A stretch of 64,000 nt of DNA, taken from NCBI RefSeq assembly GCF_009914755.1, contig NC_060930.1. The stretch is one strand, 5' to 3'. Shown here one piece after another: positions 17,002 through 29,150 of the stretch (its first letter is position 1; each line of letters opens with the position of its first letter). Both the position numbers and the translations under genes were made by a program. The DNA is from the human T2T-CHM13v2.0 reference genome, Homo sapiens. Below the pieces are notes generated by a model, which had not been told where the DNA came from, ran no database searches, and saw nothing but the letters and a program-made list of their open reading frames with translations.

Positions 17002-20000
17002 TAAAAATAGTAGACAGACAATAATTACTTCTTAAACAAAGAGAACAAATAGCCATGTATAGCTGAATTCCATGACTTAACGTGGAGGCTTACAATTTTC
17101 TTTAGCAAAAGTGTGTCATAGTCTGTACTTTATTTTATATGTAATTAAAACAAAAATACTATTTTAATGCTTCTCATTCTGAAACCCATATACCTTATGT
17201 CAATAAGTGATGCTACTGAATAATTCACAGTCTTTTTGGAATATGGGAGACATAAACGAATTTTTTAAAAATCATATTTAATACCAAAAAAGGATTGGGT
17301 TTCTAAAAATCAGCAGATGTAACTAAATCAAAACAAAAACATCGACATTATGGGCCGTTCTTTCTCTGATATTTCTCTGTTTTACCAAGTCCCTTAATGG
17401 AAAAAGCACATCAATATGGGCCATTAAATGAAAACAATGACATACTGGATTTCATTTGGACAAATATGCTGAAATATTATAGTTAAATTAAACTCCATTA
17501 TTTAACAAAAAGTACTACTTAACCTATCACAACTAGTGAACCAAATCACACCAACCTCTTTTCCCACCTACCTCTCATCATCAAACTCATGGTGATAAAG
17601 AACAGCAATGCTGTTGAGCAAGATACCATGCATGCAGTGTAAATTGTAACATAAAACTAAAATGTAATAAACAGGGAAAGAAAAACAAAATTCTGACCCT
17701 CCAGGAAAAAAAAGTCAGAAAAGATTGCCCTTTTCTCAAATTCTAAAAAATGATCACTTTAACCACTAAATTAGTTTAAACACCACTGACTCCTCCAAAG
17801 CCACAAATTTTAAATTTTTCCCCACAAAGCCTTAAAACATTTCATTTTCCTTTGACATTATGCAAGTTACAATAAGATTTCTACTAAAGCAAACAACTGC
17901 CCCTGTACTCAACAATCATTTCTTTAAATCTTTTTGAAACCCCCCAAGCTATCAAGAAACTAACCACTAGGTCAACTGGTCTTCATTCATTCCAACACCT
18001 GCTGCTGAGTGATAGAATGACTCAAAATTTCTGAACTCTTTTAGAGCTTCACTTTGAGTGGGCTACTACTCACTCCTCAGTAAGGAAACTTGAAAGCCTT
18101 AAGTAGCTAAGTTCTCTACTCTAGCCCAGACAGAATCTATGGTAGCTAGTGGAATGAAGGCAACAAAAATGTACTTGACAGCAGAGACCTGGTATTTGGC
18201 TGCCTACAGGTTGCCACTTGGGCAAATTTTCAGCTTGTTCCTGTCCAAAGGATGTGCTATTTTCAGGTACTCAATGAAAAATAATCTACATCAGAAAATA
18301 ATCTGATGAGAACTTTGGCATAAAAACAAAAGGATTCCAAATTTTAAACATATTCATGGCCTTTAATTTTTTTAGTCTTTTTAAAATTTAATTACTTTAA
18401 AAAGACAAGAAACACAATAATTACGGGAACAAAAAAGAGTATTTTGAAATTAAGTTTGAGTAATTCTAGAATGGCAGAAGGTAAAATTAGACACAGCTAG
18501 TCACCCAAGTGCCTGAGATGTCTTACCATTCCTATGTGATGGTCTTCCTGTGGGCTTTGTTTCCTGGGTAGGAGATCCCTGGAAGCATACAGTGTTTAAA
18601 TAGATTAATCACAGAGCATCCTGTCTTCATTGTGGTGTACATGTTTCTGGAAGTTACAAAGAGTATTATGCCTGCATTTCATGATGTCCTTTTCTCACCT
18701 TATTTCAAATATTCTTCCCAAGAATAAGAGTACAAATAGCACATAGAATTGTTTAAAGAATCCAAATATCTTGACTTTTTCTTTTCAAATCTAATTTTAG
18801 GAATGTTACCAATTGTTAATTCATTTAACATCAGGGAGAAAAATAAGTGTAGGGCATAGCCGAATTACCTACAGGGTAGCTTTTACAGTCAGGTGTATAC
18901 CAAAAAAAGTCACTTTGCTTTCTTCACCTGGAAATATAGGAATGTTATATCATTCCTTTCTAGAAAGAAGAGCAAAGTAACTTTTTACAAAATGTTCCTC
19001 ATTATTTAATGTATATGAACACATCTACTAATGATTCTACTGTAACTTTCAAGAGATAGATATTTGTCCCTCTTCCTCATAATCCCAGAGGGAAAAGGTA
19101 ACTATCATGAAACATTTTTAAAAGCTTTATATATTATATCAATATAAAATAAACCAGTTCCTCCATTATATTAATGGTATCTGGCTTTTCAAGACAGAAT
19201 TCACTAAGGATGTTGAAAATATAAACCACACACCAAAATGTTAGACTTCCATTTGGAGGCCAAAGCTAACTGGCAAGCCTAATTTGAGTCACACTGTGAA
19301 ACCCCATTTTCCTAACTTAATTTATCTTGAATTGTTTGTGTGATGGTGTTGTTTGGTTTGCTTTTATGGTGCAATGCACTGGTATCTTCAGCACTGCAGT
19401 TTATATGAAAATCCAATGTTCCTCACTTCCATAAAAAACAGTGCAAGGTGATAAAACTAAATTAGGGAAGAGTTATGTTGTTATGACAATGAAACTTTCG
19501 AAGAGACTATCAAACTTTGAAAACAGGTCACTGAGAGAATTAAGAAATACTTTCTTTGGATTTTTTTTAAGTAGATAAGATACCCATCTCTGTGGGATGG
19601 CTCGTATAGGGGGAGCCCACAAACAGTATAATGGACTTTGAATCGCCCAAGTTATTTTCCAAACTTAAAATGGTGCCATGACAGGTCCTCAAACGAACTA
19701 AGAGAGCAACTTTCTCAATAAGTAAAAGCAGGATACAGTTCCAGATCATGAAAACTCTGCAATGCTGGTTTTGTGACCTTGACTCAGCGTCACTGGGATG
19801 CTACCAAGAAACCACAATTCTTGGCAGCTGCACATTCAATGTACAAATGTTTACCAGATGTGAAGTTCATATGATCTATGCTGTATAATAGAAACAAAAA
19901 TGAATGTGCTGTGTAATATGACATGCTAGTTCATGCTGTGAGCCAGCAAGCAAGAAAACTGGTCTCATATCTAGACAAAGCCTATGGACTATTTGGAGTA

Positions 20001-20319
20001 AAGAGAAAACCTCTAAGTCCCACCTCCAATCCCCAATTAAAACAAATCCCATATGCTTGTTAAGCCTGTGGGAAATTCTACTAAGTAAGGTTCCTTTCTT
20101 TAGATTAAGCATTCCATCCTTGTTCAATAAAAACCCCCTTGGGAGACATAAATTTTTATCAGTTATTACACTTCAGAGTAAATGAACTTCAGATCCTGTC
20201 TTGACAGTTGGTTCTGATATGAAAAATACATGAAGCTTGGTTGTTTAGATTGTAAAAGAAAGAATCATCAAGAGATAAAATTTAATACATATTTTCCCAC
20301 TACTATTTGTCTGTTTATC

Positions 20320-21330
20320 CATTCATTCCACAATATGCACAGTCATCTACTATTATTCAGGCAATGTACAAAGCACTGAGGATACACAGATGAGAAAGCC
20401 TAGTGATAGCCTCAGCAAGTATAGGGTTTTTGTGAAAAGATATCAAATATATAACTACAATACAATAATAGAGACCTTAATGGAGGTATGTGCTAGGCAC
20501 TGGGAGCTTGGTGGAGTGAATACCTAGTTCCTGGCTGGCTGAGAGGAAATGGGTACATTCTCTGAGAGGAAGTAAAGTTCATCTGTGAATTAAAGGCAAA
20601 CCAGGGATTTGCTAGATGACCTTAAGAAGACAGGAAGATAGTACCTGAAAATGCTTAAAATCACTAAAGAACAAGATGTGCTCAGTGAAAAGGTATTTAT
20701 GAAGTGAACCGCCCATGGAGAGTGGGAAAGGGGTGAGGGGTGAAGGAAATGAATGATGGGGCAGGTACTCAGGAAACAGAGCATGAACATGGTCTTTTGC
20801 ATTAAGTGAAGAGGAGTGGACTTTGTCTTTAAAGTTTACTACAGGAGGGATTTTTAGCAGAGATAAACATATTCTTGTTCACATTTTAGAAAGCTCACAA
20901 TGGCAGCAGTAGGGAGAATGGTGTACAGGAAGATGGAAAGTTTATGGCAGCAGTCAAATGAGAGGCAGTAAGGGCCTGAAGGACAGTGAGAGCAGAAAGT
21001 GATTTGAGAGGCATTCAGGAGTTAAAACGGGCCAGGTCCTATGACTGTTTGATTGCAGTGGACAGGAGAAAGAGAATGACCCCAGCCTCTGGCTTGAACG
21101 TCTTGTAGATAGTGATGTCTTTCCCTGAAAGAATTCAGGAAATATAAACCAAATTTTCCTGCTAGAGGGTAGAGGAGAAGAAATATAAAGCATCTTAGTT
21201 TTTAGAAAATTAAGCACAAATTTCATGTATGGACATGAAATGGTTCATACATGAAATTTGTGCTTAATTTTCTAAAAAAGTATGGACAGATGAAAATGCT
21301 TACTTGACAGGTGAATATATAGACCCCCTG
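20320..21330 (-). mobile_element. L2 LINE 3' fragment
   Basis: CATTCATTC tail, CAGGCAATGTACAAAGCACTGAGGATACA, CATTTTAGAAAGCTCACAATGGCAGCAGT, AGAATGACCCCAGCCTCTGGCTTGAAC are typical of antisense L2. Confidence 0.7.
21199..21278. repeat. Perfect inverted repeat: 33-bp arms, 14-nt spacer
   Basis: TTTTTAGAAAATTAAGCACAAATTTCATGTATG (21199-21231) is the exact reverse complement of 21246-21278. Confidence 0.97.
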
Positions 21331-21764
21331 TGTGCCAGGATTTGAGTAATGGGGAGATGCAACTGACGCTAAGCAGAGTGAGTGGACATGGATTCTGGTC
21401 TGGCTTACTGTTTGCTTTTGAGTGTCAAGGGTGAGATTTTTAGTCCATTAAAACTCCTTGTATGGAATAAAACAAATGACTAAAGTACAAGAATAACTAA
21501 GTAATTGCTGGTTCATCCATATGATGGAGTACTACAGAGGCATAAAATTCAAATGTTCCAAGAATACTTAATGACAATTTTAAAAATATCAATAAAAGAA
21601 CAAATGCAAAAAAATGCAAAACTATATAGTAAGCTAATTATGTGATATTATATCTCTTTCATAGAAATGTCAAAAATTGTTACTTCCAGATAATAGCATT
21701 ATGGATATGTAATTTTTATTTTTTGATGCTTTCCAACTTTTCTATAAAGGATATGCATTATTTT

Positions 21765-22045
21765 GGCTGGGTATGATGGCTCACACCTGGAATCTCAGCA
21801 CTTTAGAAGGCTGAGGCAGGAGAATTGCTTGAGATCAGGAGTTCAAGCCCAGCCTGGGCAATACAGAGAAACCCTGTCTCTACAAAAAAAAATTTTTTTT
21901 AATTAGCTGAGCATGGTGGCTCATGCCTGTAGTCCTGGATACTCAGGAGCCTGAGGGGACAGAACCATTGAGCCCAGGAGTTTGAATTGCACTGCTGCAC
22001 TTTAGCCTGGCCAATAGAGAGAGACCCTGTCTCAAAAACAACAGA
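21765..22045 (+). mobile_element. AluJ with small right-arm deletion and 14-bp TSD
   Basis: Dimeric Alu; TSD ATATGCATTATTTT at 21751-21764 and 22046-22059. Confidence 0.9.
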
Positions 22046-22179
22046 ATATGCATTATTTTAAAATCAGAAATAATAAACATATTTTTAAACTTACATATGT
22101 TTTAGATAAAGTTAATATCTCGAAAGGAGACTCTGCTCCACCAGCAAAACACATAATTGAATTATCGTACACTAACCAC

Positions 22180-22520
22180 AAGAGGTTAGATTATGCTGAG
22201 TAACAAATATATCCAAAAATTGTTGTGCCTTATAACAACAAACATTTATTTTTTGCTCATACTCTACGTCCACTATGAGCTGTCTAGTGGCTCTGCTCCA
22301 CATTCCTCATTTTAGGATTGAGTCTGAGGAGTATGGTCATTTTCCAAGGTAAGGGTAAAGAGCTCTGGAGGTTCTCACACTGAAAATAAATGTTCCAGTG
22401 CAGAAATATATGTTAATTTCCACTCAGCTCGTTGGCCATGAGTATCATGGGGCCAGAAAACGTAATCTGACTGTGTACCTGAAATTTATTTGACAAACAG
22501 AACTAATAAGAATCTCCTAT
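22180..22520 (-). mobile_element. Old MaLR LTR (MLT1J/K/L-like)
   Basis: TATGCTGAGTAACAAAT...GCCTTATAACAACAAACATTTATTTTTTGCTCA matches the reverse MLT1 3' end. Confidence 0.55.
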
Positions 22521-25500
22521 AAGTACAAATTCATCCCCTCCACCACCACCACCAGCAGCAACAAAAAACTGGAGGGATTTTTATGGTAGTGTTTTTTAAA
22601 ATGCAAATCACGATCCATTGGTTGATCTTGAAATCAGCTCAGTGGTCTATGACCAATAGTGTTTAATAGAATGGAAGGGAACAGAAAATGTCAGAGCACA
22701 TTGCATGTACAAAAGGTAAATATTATGATATATTTGGTATATATATTTCGAATAAATACAGATGTGTCACAATGTAAAATTTATTTCTTCCTGTGGGTCC
22801 TGTAAAAAAAATTGAAAGTCATTTTTCTATAGGAGTCCCAACTAAGCCAGATATATGGAAACATAACAATTTCCATACTAGGTTTTTCTAGTCCAGTGTC
22901 CTATGACTCTGTGAAAGGCTGGGGGAATCTTGTATCAATCTCAAAGAACTCAGTCAACATTTTACTCTTTTTTAATAGTACGGTCTCTCAATGATAAATC
23001 AGTCAAGAAATATCATAAAGCAAACTCAGTGTTTAGCATCCTTCAAGTGCTAAGAGTATAATTACATTTTATTTCTCCTAAAATAAAAAAAGTCAAGTTT
23101 CCAAAGTTTTTCTTAATTCCGTACAGCCTCATTTTATTTTTTTAAGGAAAAGATATACTTCTTATATTAATTCAAATGGCATCCTTGATGAGGATGAATT
23201 GTAATATAATTTTTTTTAGTTTGTATTGTTATTAACATAAAGTATTGTCATGTTTTATAAGGTGATGATTTTTATCAGCCTTATTATTTTTTGATGTTTA
23301 AGGGAAGAAATCACACTTCAAAACCATAATCAATTGCAAAATACCTTTTGTATGAGTATCTAACTCCTTACCACATGCTTAATATTGCACAATTTTAAAT
23401 GTTTTATTTCTTATTTTCAACTGAGAAAATACAAATTTGAAATACGCTAGCTGTACATGTTTATGGGAAACATGTCATTTATCAATTTAGTTTCAAATTT
23501 TTCATTTCCAAAATAAATTCATCTTAACTCTTAGTTTCTGTCACCCATGTGAAAGGTTTATAATTGCTTACTTAAATATACGAGCTCCAATCAGTGTTTT
23601 CTACCCTTCCCTCAAATAAACTGCCATGCTTTTTCCTACCTACCCTTCATAGCACCACCAGTTCAAAAGCCAGCCTTTTGTTTCTACAGGAAAAATGCTT
23701 GCTGACCAGCCAAGAATAAAACACACCTCACATGGTACAATCTTCTTTTACCTCCCAGATGACTCTACTGCCATTTACTAAGGATGCCAGAAGAGGTTTC
23801 CTGAGGAAGAAACAATCAATGTGAATTAATACCATCCTGACATTCAGGAGACCCAAATAAAACATGACTATGTTTAAAAGAACGGAAAATAAAAAGACTA
23901 TCTTCAAAAATAACTTGGTGTGCGATTTCTTACCATATAAAAGGAAGCTCTGGTATGGAAAAATGATAAACATCCTGCATTTGTTAGTAAAGGAAGCATT
24001 ATATTCAGTTCGGTAACAGCAACTTTTTTAAAAGTGATGAGTCACAATATTCAGTTCCTTCCTGGCGTTATTCAGCTAGGTGTGGGTAAAAGAGGATAGT
24101 ACTGAGAACTAGACTCTCTGTATCCCAACCAAGACCACTAAGACATTGCAGGAATTTGAGCAAGAAAACAAGCCTGGCTAGACTTCAGTATCTCCTCTGT
24201 AAAACCAGGGGCTGAGAAGATAAGCAAATTTGAGAATCTCTTCCATTTCCAATTGGCTACCATTCTATTGTCTTAAATATTTTACCAATTATGTATACTA
24301 GTAAATACATGGTTAATAATCAGCTTTCTAAGCTGCAAAAAAAGTCATTCAGTTTCATTATTCAAACTGGATCCACTAGATCTAATATGTTATGACTTTT
24401 CTATAATTAACATTTTATGATCAAAATTATAATATCTATCGCTAGTTCTATTACTTTTAAAGAGCTCCAAAGACATATACGGTAACATTCAGATCATTCT
24501 CTTTTCATAAGTTTTTTGATTGCTAAGCTATCAAGATGAAAAATAATCCCATGAAAATGTTCTTCCTTTTAAATGAGTAACAAGCACTTCAAAAATCCAA
24601 CTGATTTCTTGCAGTATATGGTTTAGGACTCCAACATATGAGATTTCTTAAACTATTTGACATTGTTTTCAACACACACAAAAAAAGTTAGCAAATGAAC
24701 ACTACAGTCAAATGTTGACTATCTGCCAAGTGGGATGGCAAGAGAGAACTAGTACATATAACCTTAAATTGTGGAGAGTTGGGAAAGACATATAATTGGG
24801 CACTGGAATGTGTCTTATTCTTATATTTGAATAAATCTATGTCTGGCATTCTGAAAATTGACAATACTATACTTCCAACTGAGTAAAAAATGAAAACATC
24901 CTGGGAAAAAGCAACTCAAGAGAACTAAAAATCATTCTAATTAGTAAATATTTTGCCTCACATCTTAGAAAACAAGAACAATATGCAATGTTTAAAAAGA
25001 TATTTTAAACTCTGCTATGTTAGACTAGTGTGACAAAGTGAATTACAAACATTGATACTGTCATTAAATATTTTGAAAAATTCTTGCAGAACAGATCTCT
25101 AAAAGGGGTTATGTTGTATAAACTCAAGACAGTATTGTTATCAAGTTTGCTTCCTACAAAGCAGGAGATTCATGAGGTGGGAAACTCTCCTATCTCATTG
25201 TTCACTCCAAAGTCAGTTGGCTACGTTCTGTTATAAGGACTTTCAGATTCAATGGTGTAAAGCAGAAACAGCTGCACTGGACTTCGTTCATCCTGAAAAA
25301 CAGACATTTCTCAAGCATGTGCCAAGTGCAGTCTTAGAATTACAGTATGTCAGACTTTATCCAAAAGGAGATGCTCTTATTTTACTACATCATCCAAATG
25401 CTTTTCATAAGAAATTGCAAACAAGATCCCTAGAGCCACATATTGCTTGGTCCAAAATGTTCACTACATAGTAGAAGTAATAAAGCAGATATCAAAATGA

Positions 25501-25779
25501 CTCTTGTTCCTTTCTATAATTACAGGTGCTTTTGAATATTGTCAGATTAACACTGAATGGGATACCTCTACAACTCCATAGCCTATATTGCTGGGAAGAT
25601 TAGAAGAACAATAATACTCAGAGCTGGAAGTAAAAGAATTCTCAGAGCAGGGGGAAGAAAAGTGCTCTGACAGAGGTAGGTGCCTTTCAGAGAAGGATAT
25701 ACTTTACACAAATGAGGAAGAGTGGCCTCTTGAACACTGTGCAACTCCTTCTATTTGTATCCACAGTAATCTATGAGTT

Positions 25780-27110
25780 TGGGCACTTAGACTAGACTGA
25801 CAAGACAGGCCCCAGGTAGCTTCCCCACAAGCAAAACCCAAGAGAAGAAGCAGCCATATCCAATAAATAAGACACTAATACATTGCCCAACTTTATAATT
25901 ATTGGGGGCAAGCTCCAGATAGTCTTAAATACAAAATTGCAAACACGAAAATAGGCAACAAATAAGAGTGAACAAATATCAATAAAAACCAGCAACATGA
26001 AGAAAAACCATGAGCTCAATGAATACATTAACAGCCATAGAAACAGTTAATAACAGTAAAAGGACTCAGTTAAATCTAATTGATATATTCAAATATATAT
26101 GTAAGAATATTAGTGAATAAAAAGAGAAAATCAATTAGTATCTTAGAAAATTAAAAACTTAATAATGGATATAGTTGAAGATGGAAATAGCTAGATGGAA
26201 AATCAAGTTGAAAACTTCTACCAGATTACAATGCAAAAGAACACAGATTTTACAAAATATTTCAGAAGAATATTCAGAAGAAAAAACTCAAAAGAGACAT
26301 ATGGAGAAATACAGGAGAGAAACGGTAAAGGAAAAAATTTCAGAGCTAAATTAACATTTGATTCTTCAAACTGAAAAAGCATTACAAATATCAAGCTGCT
26401 TGAATAGGCAAAAAAAAAAAGACCTATTTCATATTTTTGTGAAAAGTTATAATTCAAAGAATAGAGCAAAAAAAAAAATCCTAAGTGTTTGGGGGAGAGG
26501 CAGGATGCCTAAAAAGAAATAAATTTAGCTTGTCTAGAGACTTCTCATCACAAAAGTGAAGCTAAAAAACAATGAGGGGGTAATTGATACCAATCAGCCA
26601 TTAATAGGAAAATATGTTTTAGTTAATACGTAGAAATGTAATTATAACAATTATGATATAAATAGGATTATAACTTCCAGAGATGACTGGTAGAAAAGGA
26701 AAATAAAGCAAACAATTCCAAATAACAGAAAAAATCATTATAATAAAAAACAAGAAAGCATGGTAAAAACAGAAAACATAAGTAAACTTCAAGGAAAAAG
26801 TCCAAACATATTAGCAATCATAATAAAGTTGAATGGGTAATTTGCCTATTTGGAATCCAGAAAAATTTGGAATTGTGTTTTTTAAAGTCTTTGTATATGC
26901 TGTTTACAAGAAATCCACCTAAAACTCAGTGACAGAAAATGTTGAATATAAAGGGGCAGAAATATAATTTACTAGGTAAATACTAATAAAAGAAAATAAA
27001 TATAGTATGAAAAATAGAATTCAAAGCAAAAGTATTAAACAGGATCAAAAAGGAATATTTCATATTTATATAAGATGCACTTCCTAAGAAATAACTTATG
27101 AAACTGTAAC
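25780..27110 (+). mobile_element. Ancient L1M ORF1 / ORF2-start remnant
   Basis: Very A-rich strand; motifs AGACTTCTCATCAC, ATATGCTGTTTACAAGAAATCCACCTAAAA, AAAAATAGAATTCAAAGCAAAA (endonuclease region). Confidence 0.6.
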
Positions 27111-28179
27111 CATTTTCTTTCAATATTTTGTCATGAACATTTTCTATAAAGTTATTTACTTTCTATATTTTCTATTATCTCTAAAGACACATTTACTGTT
27201 AAACATCATTTTTAACACTGCTTCATAATCAATACAAAAGGCAACGTTTTCCCTAATAGTACACATTTAGGATTTTTTTTTCTAAAATACAAAAAAATTG
27301 CACTTTCATCTCCATCACCAGCAGAAATGCTCACCTGAAGACTAATGACCTCCTCATTTCCCAATTCAATAGCTCCCTCACCCATACTCTCGCACTTCCC
27401 TCCTTTATCTTCCTCTGCTTAAAAAATCACACACTCTTAATCACTCTTGTCATGCTTTCTCATATTCATCTCTTAAAAGCTATCCTTTCTCCTGATTGGT
27501 CATTTTCTTTTGGCCTTTTGGTTTTTGGCAGACTATTGACAAATGTATTCTTAGCCAACTGATCACTGCCCCTCATCCAGAAAACACAACATCTTCTTCC
27601 CCTGCTCCAGTGATTGCTTCCACTCAAGGACTTCAGTTCGTGCATACTGAAACATCTTATTTCCTACTTCTCCGCACCTAAACCTTCCATTCCTACTAGG
27701 CAAGTTATATTGAGTCCCTTAAATAAGCCATTTCCATTCATAGCTCTAAGGCTTATCTGAAAACACACCTTAATTTGTGGCTTATAGATTAATGTTCAGG
27801 GTCTAGGTAATAAACACCATAAACTTACAGAAACTTGGTATAAGTAATCTGTATATGCAATAAAGAAATGGGAGGCAAAAGGGAACAGAAATAGCTATGA
27901 ATAGCAATGCATATATATGCCTCTGGTAAACCCACAAGCCTGAAGGTTAAAAACAATTGTGAACCAGGCCTATATTCAGCTGGTACAAAGCAAGGTTGCT
28001 GTACAGATTGTGTATGCACATTTGTTTTGACTGGATCTGAACCCACTCCAATTGGCTGATGTTCTGGCTTTTCTGATTGTTTAATATTCTAAGCCTCACT
28101 TCTGTTTGTGAGCACTTACAAAACTTATAAAAGGAATGAGTCACTGAACACTCTGCAGTGCTTGCTAAGTGTCAAAAAT

Positions 28180-29150
28180 AGATCATATAAAACTAACCTG
28201 TACTTCTTTGATAGCTGTACTAGGCTGACATCAGGGGAATACTGTTCGTGATAGTTCAAAAATGAAAATGAATTAATGTCAGTTGGATATAAGACTATTT
28301 AAATGGTCCCCTAATGAAGAATAACACCTGATGTCAGCCTGGTAGGAGGTTTCTGGTGGTATGTTTTAGAGTTCTATGCTTTTCCCTGTCTAATTGGTTA
28401 TTCATAATTTGAATGAGGGAGATGATGGCTTGCAAATTAAATTTCTAGACAAAGCATACCTTGAAAGATGACTAACTGATGGAATAGAAGACTTTGGACA
28501 AAAAAAAAATCTTAACTGAATAAATAAGAGACCACTGCAACAAGGCAAAATTCAAAAGAAATACAAAACTTCTGGGATCCAAAATTTGGATTGTAGAATG
28601 CTCATTAGGAATAAAGTGGCTTAACAGCAACAGGTCTGAGTTGACTAAATGGTCTTAGCTGATACCAAATTGAATTCATTCATGTGAACTGGCTGTCAAG
28701 AATTAATTTGCTCTTGAACTACATTGAGGAAAGAATACGGCTACATCCTTTCTATTAAGCAACCAATGGCCATAGATATCAAAAGTGAATGTGTTTAGGG
28801 AAGGCTGACAAGAGTGGAGATATAAACACAAACCATCTCAAAGAAGTGGTTTCAGAATATGATGTTCCACTTGGGGCATATATTAGCTGTCTTCAAATGC
28901 TGGGAACATGGAAAAAGAAATAAGGCTTGTTTCTGTCACTCCCAGAGTACACAACTAGGTCTAAAGCCTGGAAACTCCAGGGAGAAGTTTTTCAGTTTAA
29001 GAAAAAAGTTTCCAATAGATGGGGATTTCCCTAAAATAGAAAGTTTCCCATCATTGGAGGTGTTTGGTATTGGAAACTATGCTCAATATGTATGCTATAG
29101 GGAGGGGTTAAGGCATCAAGAATTGTTGGGATAAACAATATTCATATCAC
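28180..29150 (+). mobile_element. L3/CR1 LINE remnant
   Basis: GGAGGTTTCTGGTGGTATG, GGTCTTAGCTGATACCAAATTGAAT, AGCTGTCTTCAAAT, TTCCCATCATTGGAGGTGTT resemble L3 RT and 3' motifs. Confidence 0.6.

Noticed and set aside
28218-28344. 14-bp inverted repeat AGGCTGACATCAGG / CCTGATGTCAGCCT resembling MITE TIRs
   Set aside because: Both arms appear to be colinear L3/CR1 sequence and there is no TSD; likely chance
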